Assembly: GCA_025451775.1 (NCBI GenBank)
Contig: JANWJU010000157.1
Span: 635 to 64,634 of the forward strand
DNA from: Terriglobales bacterium
GTDB taxonomy: Bacteria; Acidobacteriota; Terriglobia; Terriglobales; SCQP01
Direction of reading: 5' to 3'
DNA length: 64,000 bases
Below, one piece after another: positions 42,615-52,059 of this stretch. The notes under the pieces were generated by a model. It was given only the letters and a program-made list of their open reading frames with translations. It made no database searches and had not been told where the DNA came from. Every line of letters starts with the position of its first letter. Within the stretch, counting starts at the first letter, position 1. Both the position numbers and the translations under genes were made by a program.

Positions 42615-45600
42615 ATGAACCTCTCCAGCCTTTTTATTAAACGCCCGATCGCCACCGCCCTGCTGATGATGGCGCTGCTGGTGTTCGGCATCGTCGCCTA
42701 TCGGCAATTGGCGGTCAGCGACCTCCCCAACGTCGATTTCCCCACCATCGAAGTGCGCGCCTCGCTGCCGGGCGCCAGCGCCGAAACCATGGCCGCTTCG
42801 GTGGCCACCCCGCTGGAGAAGCAGTTCTCGGCCATCCCCGGGCTGGACGAGATGAGCTCCAGCAGCTCGCAGGGAAGCACCCAAATCGCGCTGCAATTTG
42901 CCCTGTCCCGCGACATCGATGGCGCGGCCGGAGATGTGCAGACGGCGATCTCCTCGGCCGGCGGTGAACTCCCGCCCATGCCCTCACCGCCGACGTTCCG
43001 CAAGGTCAACCCGGCCGACTCCTCGGTTCTGAACCTCGCCCTCAGTTCCAGCACGCAACCGCTCTCCACCGTCGACCACTATGCCGAGGTGGTGGTGGGG
43101 CAGCAGCTTTCGATGCTCTCCGGGGTCTCCGAGGTGAACGTGATGGGCGCGCAGAAATACGCCGTGCGCATTCAGCTCAATCCGCTCGCCATGGCCGCCC
43201 GCGGCGTGGGCATCGATTCGGTGCAAACCGCCGTCCAAAACGGCAACGTCAATTTGCCCTCGGGCGTGCTCTGGGGCGCCGACAAAGCCTACACCGTGCA
43301 GGCCACCGGCCAGCTCACCGACGCGGCCGCCTACCGCAACCTCATCGTTGCTTATGATAACGGCGCGCCCGTGCGCCTGCGCGACATCGCCGACGTGAAC
43401 GACAGCGTCGAGGTGGACAAAAACGAGGGCTGGGTCAACGGCACCCCCGCCGTGCTGCTCTCCATCATGAAGCAGCCCGGTTCCAACACCATCGATGTCG
43501 TTGACCGGGTACTGCGGGAGATGCCCAACGTCGAGCGCAGCATCCCGCCCTCGATCCATCTCTCCGTCGAGTACGACAAATCCATCCCCGTCCGCGCCTC
43601 GGTCAACGACGTCAAGTTCACGCTCCTGCTCACCATCTTCCTGGTGGTGATGGTCATCTTCCTGTTCCTCAAGAACATCCCCGCCACCCTCATCCCCAGC
43701 CTGGCGCTCCCCTTCACCATCGTGGGCACCTTCGCGGTGATGTACCTGCTCGACTACAGCCTCGACAACCTGTCCCTGCTGGCACTGACGCTCTCCGTGG
43801 GCTTTATCGTGGATGACGCCATTGTCATGCTGGAGAACATCGTCCGCCATCTGGAGATGGGCAAGACCGCCATGCAGGCGGCGCTCGATGGCTCCAAGGA
43901 GATCAGCTTCACCATCCTGTCGATGACGCTGGCGCTGACGGCGGTGTTCATCCCGTTCCTGTTCATGGGCGGGGTGCTGGGCCGGCTGCTGCACGAGTTT
44001 GCGGTCACCATTGGGGTGGCGATTCTGATCTCCGGCTGCGTGTCGTTAACGCTGACGCCAATGCTGTGCAGCCGTTTTTTGCGTCCCTATCAGGAGCACC
44101 GCCAGCATGGCTGGATGTACAACTTCCTGGAGAGTGGCTTCCAGGGCATGTACAAGTTCTACGATGTCACCCTGAAAGGCGTGTTGCGGCATCCGCTGCT
44201 GACCATGATCGCGTTTCTGGCGGTCCTGGCGGTGACGGTACAGTTGTTCCTGGTGCTGCCCACCGGCTTTTTGCCTGACTCCGACATGAGCGAGATCACC
44301 GCCAATGTTCAGGCGGCACAGGGTATCTCCTGGGCGGCGATGAAGCAGCATCAGGTCGAGGTGATGAAGATCATCGACGCGCTGCCGGAGACGCAGGCGG
44401 CCATGGCGTTTGCCGGCGGCGGCGCGGGCAACACCGGCCGCGTCTTCGATCACCTGAAGCCGATCGATCAGCGCCAGCGCAGCGCCGACCAGATCATCGC
44501 CGCCCTGCGGCCGCAAATGGACAAAATCCCGGGCGTGAAGGTGTTCCTGCAGAACCCGCCGCCCATCCGCATCGGCGCCCACGGCACCAACGCCCAGTAC
44601 CAGTTGGCATTGCAGGGGAACGATCCCGACGAGTTGTACCATTACGCGCCCTTGTTAGCGGACAAGCTGGCGACCTTCCCCATTTTGAAGGACGTCAACA
44701 CCGACATGCAGATGCAGAACCCCCAGGTGGACGTGGTCATCGACCGCGACAAAGCCTCCAGCCTGGGGGTCACCGCCGATCAGATCGAAAACGCGCTTTA
44801 TACCGCCTACGGCCAGCGCCAGCTTTCGCTGATCTACACGCCCGAGGACGAGTACAAGGTCATCTCCGAGTTGCAGCCGCAGTTTCAGCTCAGCCCGGCG
44901 ACCCTGGCCGACCTTTACATCCACTCCAACTCCGGCGCGCTGGTGCCGCTGAGCGCGGTCACGACGTTCAAACAAACCCTGGGCCCACTGACCGTCAACC
45001 ACATCGGTCAGTTCCCGGCGGTGACCATCTCGTTCGATCTCAAGTTGGGCGCGTCGTTGGGACCGGCGGTGAACCTGATTCAGCAGACGGCGGCGCAGAT
45101 GCTGCCGCCCACCATCACCCCGGTGTTTCAGGGTTCGGCCCAAGTCTTCCAGGACTCGATGCAAGGCTTGGGATTGTTGGCGCTAATGGCGGTGCTGGTG
45201 ATCTATATCGTGCTGGGCGTTCTCTACGAGAGCTTCATCCACCCGCTGACCATTTTGAGCGGACTGCCGGCGGCGGCTTTCGGGGCGCTGCTGACGCTGT
45301 ATATTTTCCACATCGATCTGAATATCTATTCGATTGTGGGCATCATCATGCTCATCGGCATCGTGAAGAAAAATGCCATCATGATGATCGATTTCGCCAT
45401 GGCAGCCGAGCGTAGCCATGGCTACGCGCCGGCGGAGGCGATCTATCAGGGGGCGATCGTACGCTTCCGGCCCATCATGATGACCACCTTCTGCGCCTTG
45501 GTGGGCATGTTACCCATCGCCATGGCCACCGGCGCCGGCGCCGACAGCCGCCGTCCGCTGGGTATCGCGGTGGTGGGCGGGCTGCTGTTTTCGCAGTTCC

Positions 45601-45716
45601 TCACCCTCTACATCACCCCCGTGGTCTACATTTACATGGACCGGTTGCAGAACTGGGCCGGCCACAAAAAGCCCGCTCTCGAACCGGCGCGCCGCCCCGA
45701 GGCGGTGCCATTCTAG
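42615..45716 (+). CDS. efflux RND transporter permease subunit (AcrB/MdtB-like)
   Basis: ATG at 42615 (MNLSSLFIKRPIATALLM...) lies inside ORF 42594..45716. About 1033 aa with 12-TM AcrB architecture. Confidence 0.95.
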   Translation: MNLSSLFIKRPIATALLMMALLVFGIVAYRQLAVSDLPNVDFPTIEVRASLPGASAETMAASVATPLEKQFSAIPGLDEMSSSSSQGSTQIALQFALSRDIDGAAGDVQTAISSAGGELPPMPSPPTFRKVNPADSSVLNLALSSSTQPLSTVDHYAEVVVGQQLSMLSGVSEVNVMGAQKYAVRIQLNPLAMAARGVGIDSVQTAVQNGNVNLPSGVLWGADKAYTVQATGQLTDAAAYRNLIVAYDNGAPVRLRDIADVNDSVEVDKNEGWVNGTPAVLLSIMKQPGSNTIDVVDRVLREMPNVERSIPPSIHLSVEYDKSIPVRASVNDVKFTLLLTIFLVVMVIFLFLKNIPATLIPSLALPFTIVGTFAVMYLLDYSLDNLSLLALTLSVGFIVDDAIVMLENIVRHLEMGKTAMQAALDGSKEISFTILSMTLALTAVFIPFLFMGGVLGRLLHEFAVTIGVAILISGCVSLTLTPMLCSRFLRPYQEHRQHGWMYNFLESGFQGMYKFYDVTLKGVLRHPLLTMIAFLAVLAVTVQLFLVLPTGFLPDSDMSEITANVQAAQGISWAAMKQHQVEVMKIIDALPETQAAMAFAGGGAGNTGRVFDHLKPIDQRQRSADQIIAALRPQMDKIPGVKVFLQNPPPIRIGAHGTNAQYQLALQGNDPDELYHYAPLLADKLATFPILKDVNTDMQMQNPQVDVVIDRDKASSLGVTADQIENALYTAYGQRQLSLIYTPEDEYKVISELQPQFQLSPATLADLYIHSNSGALVPLSAVTTFKQTLGPLTVNHIGQFPAVTISFDLKLGASLGPAVNLIQQTAAQMLPPTITPVFQGSAQVFQDSMQGLGLLALMAVLVIYIVLGVLYESFIHPLTILSGLPAAAFGALLTLYIFHIDLNIYSIVGIIMLIGIVKKNAIMMIDFAMAAERSHGYAPAEAIYQGAIVRFRPIMMTTFCALVGMLPIAMATGAGADSRRPLGIAVVGGLLFSQFLTLYITPVVYIYMDRLQNWAGHKKPALEPARRPEAVPF

Positions 45717-45747
45717 ACTCCGCCACACATTCCCGCAGGAGATGGGC

Positions 45748-46080
45748 TTAGGGCTGCGCGACGGGCTGCGAGGCGCGGGTGTGGCCGCGGCGGGCTGGTG
45801 GCGCGGGTGGCTTGGGGCGAAAGTGGGCGGCCAGGTACTGCACCACTTGCCCCGCCTGCGCCGGTGTCAGCACGGCGCCGTTGCGGATCATCTGATCGAC
45901 GGTAGCTTTCCACTCCGGGGCGCTCTTCTGCGCCGCGCAAATGCGGTCCAGCGTGTGGCAGCCGGTGCAGGTGAACGCCACCTGTTGTTGGGCGGCTCCC
46001 GGTGGCAGCGTGGGGCCTTGGGCGGCGGCGACGCCGAGCCCAGCGCCCAGCACAATCACGAAAAATTGGGTTGCGGTCAT
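45748..46080 (-). CDS. small secreted mono-haem cytochrome c family protein
   Basis: The Met at 46080 gives signal MTATQFFVIVLGAGLGVAAAQG. A single CTGCH haem motif is followed by ...WKATVDQMIRNGAVLTPAQAGQVVQYLAAHF. Confidence 0.7.
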   Translation of the reverse strand: MTATQFFVIVLGAGLGVAAAQGPTLPPGAAQQQVAFTCTGCHTLDRICAAQKSAPEWKATVDQMIRNGAVLTPAQAGQVVQYLAAHFRPKPPAPPARRGHTRASQPVAQP

Positions 46081-46134
46081 GGGATTCCGAACGAATATAA
46101 ACGGTCCCGTGGCCAGGTGCAACCCCCGGCACGC

Positions 46135-47340
46135 TCAGGCAGGCGCGGCGGCAGGGCTAGGGGCATGGGCCAGGATCTCGCCGCGGATGCAATTCCGGCC
46201 CGCCTGTTTGGCCTCATAAAGCATATGATCGGCGCGGCGCAGCAACTCCCGCCACTCCATCTGTCCCGGTACTGAGCCATCCGCGTGGGCGACGCCAAAA
46301 CTGGCGGTCACCGCCAGCCGGCTGCCCTCAAAATCGATACTCATGTCCGCCAGGCGGCGGCGCAGGCGCTCCGCGATGGCCAGCGCAACGCTCCCCTCCC
46401 GCTCCGGCAGGATGGCGATGAATTCTTCCCCCCCAAAGCGGGCGAGCACGTCGGTGGGGCGCAGATTCTTGTTCAGCAACCGGGCCACGGCCACCAAAAC
46501 GGCGTCCCCGCCGGCGTGGCCAAAGCTGTCGTTGAGCAGCTTGAACCGGTCCAGATCGATGGCCACCACCGCCAGGGCTAGCCCGCGGGTGCGGCAGGCG
46601 GCGGCCAAGCCGTCGGCGGCGATGTCCAGCGCGCGGCGGTTGAGTGTCCCGGTGAGCTCGTCGGTGCGCACCTGCCACGCCAGCTTTTGCCGCTGCCGCG
46701 CGATCGCCATCCACAGAAAGCCAAACGCCATGCCCACCGCCAGGGCGAGGTAAGCGGGCATGAGCACCGAACGCAGCGGATTGCGCACCAGAAGCTCGGG
46801 CTGGACCCATCCCATCCGCGTCAGCAAATCACGCAGCAGCGTCAGGCCGGCGAGGCCGGCCAGCAGCACCGCCGTCGTTCGGCAGGCGGTGCGTTCGCCT
46901 TCGGCTGCGTGGGTCGACAGCAGCATCACCGCGACCACCGTTTGCGCCGCATACGCCAGCCCGAACAGCAGAATGCTGGAGGGTTTATCGCCTCCCGGCG
47001 TCCCCGCCACGGTAAGCACCACCTCGACGGCCATGACACTCACCAAAAGCGATGCGCCCCAGGCGAGGGTTTGCGCGCCTTCGGTCACAAACTCGGCGAT
47101 GCCCTGGGTGAACAGCACGGTGCTCGACAACAGAAATAGCCGCCCCACGGTGGTAATCGCGGGCGGCTCCGGTGCGGGATGGAAGAGGCTGGGCAGAATC
47201 GCCAGGGCCGCGCTCACATACGCCCAAGTGAACCAGCGCAAGCCCCGGAGCCCGGTCCCGGCGCGGCTCATGAGAAACAGCCCGGCAGCGCAGCAGAGCT
47301 CCAGCACCAGGCAGGCGAAGGCGAGTGTGAACGGATCCAT
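46135..47340 (-). CDS. membrane-anchored diguanylate cyclase (GGDEF), paralog A
   Basis: The Met at 47340 (MDPFTLAFACLVLELCCAAGLFLM...) is preferred; the ORF track extends to 47499. A multi-TM N-terminus is followed by ...TDELTGTLNRRAL...RFGGEEFIAILP... Confidence 0.88.
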   Translation of the reverse strand: MDPFTLAFACLVLELCCAAGLFLMSRAGTGLRGLRWFTWAYVSAALAILPSLFHPAPEPPAITTVGRLFLLSSTVLFTQGIAEFVTEGAQTLAWGASLLVSVMAVEVVLTVAGTPGGDKPSSILLFGLAYAAQTVVAVMLLSTHAAEGERTACRTTAVLLAGLAGLTLLRDLLTRMGWVQPELLVRNPLRSVLMPAYLALAVGMAFGFLWMAIARQRQKLAWQVRTDELTGTLNRRALDIAADGLAAACRTRGLALAVVAIDLDRFKLLNDSFGHAGGDAVLVAVARLLNKNLRPTDVLARFGGEEFIAILPEREGSVALAIAERLRRRLADMSIDFEGSRLAVTASFGVAHADGSVPGQMEWRELLRRADHMLYEAKQAGRNCIRGEILAHAPSPAAAPA

Positions 47341-47348
47341 GGCTGGCG

Positions 47349-48593
47349 TTAGGTGGTCCGCGAGGCCAGGCGCGGGGCCACCGGCCCCCGCCGCGCCTCG
47401 GGCGCCCCCGCCATCGGCGCCGGTTCGCCGGCGGGGTTGGAGGGGTCGCCTTCCCCGCGCGTGCAGTTGCGGCCCGAATGCTTGGCCAGGTAGAGCCAAC
47501 GGTCGGCGCGGCGGAATAATTCGCCCCAGCTGCTGTCGGCGTTGCCGAGCGCGGCCACGCCAAAGCTGGCCGTCACCATGATCGGCCGGCCTTCATGCTG
47601 AATCGTTAGCCCTTCCAGACGCGTCCGCAGGCGTTCGGCGACCTCGAAGGCCGCGCGCGCTCCGCGGGTCGGCAACATCACCACAAATTCTTCGCCCCCC
47701 ACCCGCGCCAGCAGATCGGAATCCCGCAGCCCTTGGCTGAGCACCTGCGCGGCGGCGCACAGCACGGCATCGCCGCCATCGTGGCCGTGGGTGTCGTTGA
47801 TCCATTTGAACCCATCCAGATCCAACGCCAGCACCGCCAGCGACGTACCCCGCTTGCGGCAGGCGGCCAGCACCGCCGGCGCCGCCTGTTCCAGGGCCCG
47901 GCGGTTGAGCAGGCCGGTCAGGGCGTCGGTGCGCGCCTCGGTCTCCAACTGGCGCTGCAGCCGCATGGTGGCCATGCCGATGAACCCGAACGCCATGGCG
48001 GCGGAAAACACCATGAACACCGTCAGTCCGGCAAAGCGCAGCGGGTCATTGGCCATCGGATTCGTGGGCACGGTACGCCAGGGACTCACCACCGCCCGCA
48101 CCACGCACAGCAGCGCCGTGGCGCCCATCATCCACGCGGCCGCGCGCGCCGTGAATCGCTCTTCGGCATCCTTGTGGGCCTGCAGCACCAGCACCCCGAT
48201 CAAAAGCTGGGCCGCGAAAAACAGGCAGAACACCGTGGCCGCCGCATTGGTGGGCAGGCTCGTGTCGACGCTGGAATCCAGGACGGCGAACAGCAGCAGA
48301 AAGCCGCCTCCCCAAGGCAGGAGATTGGCGGACGAAGCCACATACTCCGCCACTCCTTGCGTCATCAGGACCGCCGACGCCATCACCAGGCAGCGCGCCC
48401 CAAATAAGGCGTGACCCGACTCCGGACCGTACGCGCAGGCGCAGCCTAATCCCAGCGCGGTGCACACGTACGCCCACTGGAACCAGCGCAGTCCGCTCAG
48501 CCCCGCCACCTGGCGCCCGATCGCCCATAAGCCGCCGGCGCAGCACAGCTGCAGGAGCGCGTCGGCCCCCAACATGGTCCGGATATCCAGCAT
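47349..48593 (-). CDS. membrane-anchored diguanylate cyclase (GGDEF), paralog B
   Basis: 414 aa with the same architecture as the downstream paralog. Motif: ...TDALTGLLNRRAL...RVGGEEFVVMLP... Confidence 0.9.
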   Translation of the reverse strand: MLDIRTMLGADALLQLCCAGGLWAIGRQVAGLSGLRWFQWAYVCTALGLGCACAYGPESGHALFGARCLVMASAVLMTQGVAEYVASSANLLPWGGGFLLLFAVLDSSVDTSLPTNAAATVFCLFFAAQLLIGVLVLQAHKDAEERFTARAAAWMMGATALLCVVRAVVSPWRTVPTNPMANDPLRFAGLTVFMVFSAAMAFGFIGMATMRLQRQLETEARTDALTGLLNRRALEQAAPAVLAACRKRGTSLAVLALDLDGFKWINDTHGHDGGDAVLCAAAQVLSQGLRDSDLLARVGGEEFVVMLPTRGARAAFEVAERLRTRLEGLTIQHEGRPIMVTASFGVAALGNADSSWGELFRRADRWLYLAKHSGRNCTRGEGDPSNPAGEPAPMAGAPEARRGPVAPRLASRTT

Positions 48594-48683
48594 CGCTTCC
48601 TCATCTAATCCGGGGGGGGACGGTTAGATTGGGTTTCGCTGCTTAGTATCTCACAAAGTGTGTCTGGAGCCTCGCAGTCTTTG

Positions 48684-49145
48684 TTATGGATGACTCACGC
48701 TCGCCAGCGCCGCCTCCAGCACCTGGCGCAGCGGCACCCCGTGCCGCCGCGCGGCGGCGCGGCAGTCCTCGTACTCCGGCGCCGCCTTGGCGCCCGTGCC
48801 CGCCGGCGCCAGTTTGACCCGGATGGCACCGTAGGGCGTGGTGACGGTGGCCACCTCCCGCGCCAGCACTTCCCGCTGGCAGGTGCCCACCCGCACCCCC
48901 AGGGTCGAGGTCTCCCGCAGCAGCAACTCCACCAGTGCCTGGCGCTGCTGGGGACGCGCCAGGATGGTCAGCAGCACCCCGGGCCGGTTCTTCTTCATCT
49001 GCAGCGGGGTGGCGTAGGCGTCGAGCGCGCCTTGCTCCAGCGCCTGCTCCAGCACATAGCCTACGATCTGCGGCGAGGTGTCGTCGACCGAGGTCTCGAT
49101 CACCAGAATCGTCTCCTGATGGGTGGTCAGCGCCATCGCTCTCAT
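48684..49145 (-). CDS. stand-alone LarC C-terminal domain protein (DUF111/LarC2-like)
   Basis: 153 aa. ...ILVIETSVDDTSPQIVGYVLEQALEQGALDAYATPLQMKKNRPGVLLTILA...ETSTLGVRV...YGAIRVK...PEYEDC... matches the C-terminal third of nickel-pincer cofactor insertase LarC. No N-terminal LarC part is present. The start overlaps the upstream stop (ATGA). Confidence 0.8.
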   Translation of the reverse strand: MRAMALTTHQETILVIETSVDDTSPQIVGYVLEQALEQGALDAYATPLQMKKNRPGVLLTILARPQQRQALVELLLRETSTLGVRVGTCQREVLAREVATVTTPYGAIRVKLAPAGTGAKAAPEYEDCRAAARRHGVPLRQVLEAALASVSHP

Positions 49146-50140
49146 CCCAACCGCGCGGCCGCGCGCTGCGCCAGCAAATGCGCCGCGATCACTTGGCCGT
49201 GAAAACGCCCATTCTCGATGAAAATTTCCGACGTGTTCCGCCCCGCCACGATGACTCCGGCCAGGTACAGGCCCGCCACGTTGCTCTCATAGGTTGCCGG
49301 ATCGCACTCCGGCCGCTGGTTGGCGTCCAACTCCACCCCGGCGGCGCGCAGAAACTGAAAATCGGGGTGGTAGCCGGTCAGCGCGAATACAAAATCGGCG
49401 GCCACCTCGCCCGCCCCTTCCGGCCCCGTGGTCAGCACCGCGCCCGGCCGGATCTCCCGCACCGCGGTGCGAAAACGCGCCTCGATCTCGCCCGCCTTGA
49501 TGCGGTTCTCGATATCCGGCCGGATCCAATACTTGATGCTGGAGCCGAGTTCAGCATGGCGGTGAATCATGGTCACCTTGGCGCCATGGCGATACAGTTC
49601 CAGCGCCGTGATGGCGGCCGAGTTCTTGCCCCCAATCACGGCCACGCGCAGCCCGGAAAAGGGGTGGGCTTCGTGGAAGTAGTGAAAAACGTGCGGCAGA
49701 TCCTCGCCCGGAACGCCCATCATGTTCGGCCGATCATAGTAGCCGGTGGCAATGACCACCGCCTGTGCATGGTACCGGTGTGGGGTCTCGCCCGCGCGGC
49801 TGTGTATCTCGAACCCGGGGTGGGTGGCAGTAATGGATTCGACCTGCTCATACTGCCGCACATCGAGCCGGAAGTAGGTGACGGCGCGCCGGTAATAGGC
49901 GAGCGCCTCCAGCCGCGACGCCTTGGGAACGATCGAGGGAAACGGCAGACCTCCGATCTCGAGCAACTCGGAGGTCGTGAAAAATTGCATGTTGGTGGGG
50001 TAGTGGTAGATCGAATTTACGATGCAACCTTTATCCACCACAACCGCCCGCAACCCAGCTTTGCCCGCTTCGATCGCACAGGCTAGTCCGGTGGGACCAG
50101 CGCCGACAACCAGCAGATCCAGCGAGAGATCGCTGTCCAT
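49142..50140 (-). CDS. YpdA-family FAD/NAD(P)-dependent disulfide reductase (thioredoxin-reductase-like)
   Basis: The ORF track extends to 50167; the Met at 50140 gives MDSDLSLDLLVVGAGPTGLACAIEAGKAG... The stretch ...VDKGCIVNSIYHYPTNMQFFTTSELLEIGGLPF... is the YpdA signature as I remember it. Confidence 0.8.
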   Translation of the reverse strand: MDSDLSLDLLVVGAGPTGLACAIEAGKAGLRAVVVDKGCIVNSIYHYPTNMQFFTTSELLEIGGLPFPSIVPKASRLEALAYYRRAVTYFRLDVRQYEQVESITATHPGFEIHSRAGETPHRYHAQAVVIATGYYDRPNMMGVPGEDLPHVFHYFHEAHPFSGLRVAVIGGKNSAAITALELYRHGAKVTMIHRHAELGSSIKYWIRPDIENRIKAGEIEARFRTAVREIRPGAVLTTGPEGAGEVAADFVFALTGYHPDFQFLRAAGVELDANQRPECDPATYESNVAGLYLAGVIVAGRNTSEIFIENGRFHGQVIAAHLLAQRAAARLG

Positions 50141-50184
50141 GCGGCTATTGTAGTATTCTTTGCTCAACCGAGAGTTTCTGAATT

Positions 50185-50547
50185 ATGCTTCTCTGCCATC
50201 TTCTGTTGGGCTTCCTGTGGTTGGGCCAGACCCCAAAAGTGCACATTGCGCATCCTCACGCGCCCGCCAAGGTGGCGGCGAAGCCGCCCGTGGCAGCGCC
50301 CAAGGGCCCCAAGTCGCAGGCCGAGCTGGAGCAGGATTTGGAAGCCGCGCTGCACGCCGCCCCTTTTACCGGCGGCCAAGTGAGCTTGTCGGTTTCGGGC
50401 AAGGACATCACCATCTCCGGCCAGGTGCTGGGGGCCGAGAACAAGGGCGTGGCGACGCGGGAGGTCCGCCGCATCGCCGCCAGCGATGGTTGGAGCGGCG
50501 TGCATGTTTATAACCACATGAACGTGGTCTTGCCCGCGCAGGACTGA
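50185..50547 (+). CDS. BON domain-containing protein
   Basis: 120 aa with a hydrophobic N-terminus. The BON-like pattern is ...LEQDLEAALHAAPFTGGQVSLSVSGKDITISGQVLGAENKGVATREVRRIAASDGWSGVHVYNHMNV... Confidence 0.6.
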   Translation: MLLCHLLLGFLWLGQTPKVHIAHPHAPAKVAAKPPVAAPKGPKSQAELEQDLEAALHAAPFTGGQVSLSVSGKDITISGQVLGAENKGVATREVRRIAASDGWSGVHVYNHMNVVLPAQD

Positions 50548-50602
50548 TCAGGACGGGGCGCGCGCCCGGGCTACTCGGGCGCGGGCCTATAATTGGTTTA
50601 CT

Positions 50603-51643
50603 GTGGCCCGGAGTGTGATGGCCGTGCTGGTGATGGCGGGAGCGCTGGCTTTGCCGGTGGCTTCCTGGGCGGCCTCCCCGCCTCCCATCACCGAAGCGCA
50701 ACGGGTGGGGATTATCCGCGCCTTGGTCGCGGAGGTGGGCATCGCGCGCCAGCCGCTACCGGCGGATCAGCATGGCGTCGAGATCAGTCCCGAGGGCAAG
50801 GTGCTCAACGCCGGCGACGTTCTCTCCTCCCTTGACGAGCACGGCCGGGCGGTCGACATCGGCGGGCGGGCTGTCATCACCAACATCACCTTTAAAGACG
50901 ACCGCATTATCTTCGACATCAACGGCGGGCCGGTGAAAACTCACTGGTACGACCACCTCGAGGTCGGCATGGGCGGCGCCATGAACCCGATCGATCAGCG
51001 CCGCAATCAGGCGCCCCACGGCGCTCAGATCACCTTGCGCTTTCCCCATGTCCTGCCGGCGCTGACGCCCGCCGAGGTGAAAGGCGATTTGGGCAGCCTG
51101 CTCGATTGGGACCCGCCCTCGACGGCGGAGGTCATGGTCCGGGCCCTCCCCGCTCCGGTCAAGGCCGCCATCGCCCAGCACCACGTGCTGGTGGGCATGA
51201 ACACCGACATGGTGGTCGCCGCCGTGGGGCGCACCGGCAACAAGATCCGTGAGACCGATCCCGCCACCGGTGCAACCTACGAGGATTGGATTTACGGGGA
51301 TCCGCCGAATTCGGTGTTCGTGCGCGTTGAGGCCGGCCGCGTGATCCGCGTCACCACCTACCACCCCGGCGGCGGCGCCACGGTCGAGACCCAGCCCTCG
51401 CCCGCGCTCGCCGCCGCCCTCGCCCACCGTGAAGCCGCCGCCACGGCCTCGTCCGCGTCGGCTCCAGCCGATCAGGCGCCGCCCACCCTGCGCCGTCCCG
51501 GCGATCCGGCCCCGCCCTCGCTCTCCCCCAATTCGCCGCCGCCCGTCAGCAATTCGCCGAACGGCGATACCCCGCCCATCGGCCTGCCCAGCGGCGAGCC
51601 GCCCGCCTCGAGTCCCTCCGGTCCCCCCGGCCCGCCATATTGA
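50603..51643 (+). CDS. secreted hypothetical protein with Pro-rich C-terminal tail
   Basis: 346 aa with signal MARSVMAVLVMAGALALPVASWA. No family was recognised. The last ~70 aa are Pro/Ser/Ala-rich. Confidence 0.6.
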   Translation: MARSVMAVLVMAGALALPVASWAASPPPITEAQRVGIIRALVAEVGIARQPLPADQHGVEISPEGKVLNAGDVLSSLDEHGRAVDIGGRAVITNITFKDDRIIFDINGGPVKTHWYDHLEVGMGGAMNPIDQRRNQAPHGAQITLRFPHVLPALTPAEVKGDLGSLLDWDPPSTAEVMVRALPAPVKAAIAQHHVLVGMNTDMVVAAVGRTGNKIRETDPATGATYEDWIYGDPPNSVFVRVEAGRVIRVTTYHPGGGATVETQPSPALAAALAHREAAATASSASAPADQAPPTLRRPGDPAPPSLSPNSPPPVSNSPNGDTPPIGLPSGEPPASSPSGPPGPPY

Positions 51644-51735
51644 GCTTGGGCCCCAGCCCCGTTGTGTGTTAGTTTTAGCCGGAGCGCTCAGCTCAGGCAG
51701 ATCGCATACAGCGGCCGTGCCGCCAGGAGAACCGG

Positions 51736-52032
51736 ATGGAAGCATTGGGAATGATCGAAACCAAGGGCTTGGTCGGCTCGATTGAAGCCGCCGACGCCAT
51801 GGTGAAGGCCGCCAACGTCGTACTGCTGGGCAAGGAGTACATCGGCGCCGGCTTTGTGACCGTCATGGTCCGGGGCGATGTGGGCGCGGTCAAGGCGGCG
51901 ACCGACGCGGGCGCGGCTGCGGCCCGCCGGGTGGGCGAGCTGGTGAGCGTCCACGTCATTCCCCGGCCCCACAGTGAGGTCGAAAAGATCCTGCCCAACA
52001 AGGGCATCGTCGCCGCTGCCGACAAAAAATAG
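51736..52032 (+). CDS. bacterial microcompartment shell protein, BMC-H (PduA/EutM/CcmK-type single BMC domain)
   Basis: 98 aa, [79 protein letters not shown]. This is a textbook BMC-domain sequence. Confidence 0.95.
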   Translation: MEALGMIETKGLVGSIEAADAMVKAANVVLLGKEYIGAGFVTVMVRGDVGAVKAATDAGAAAARRVGELVSVHVIPRPHSEVEKILPNKGIVAAADKK

Positions 52033-52059
52033 CCGCCCCCTCCCAGCGGCCGTGGACCA

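Noticed and set aside
41112-42896. 594-aa minus-strand ORF antisense to the RND adaptor gene.
   Set aside because: It is a shadow ORF with no recognisable motifs, and the plus-strand gene is clearly real.
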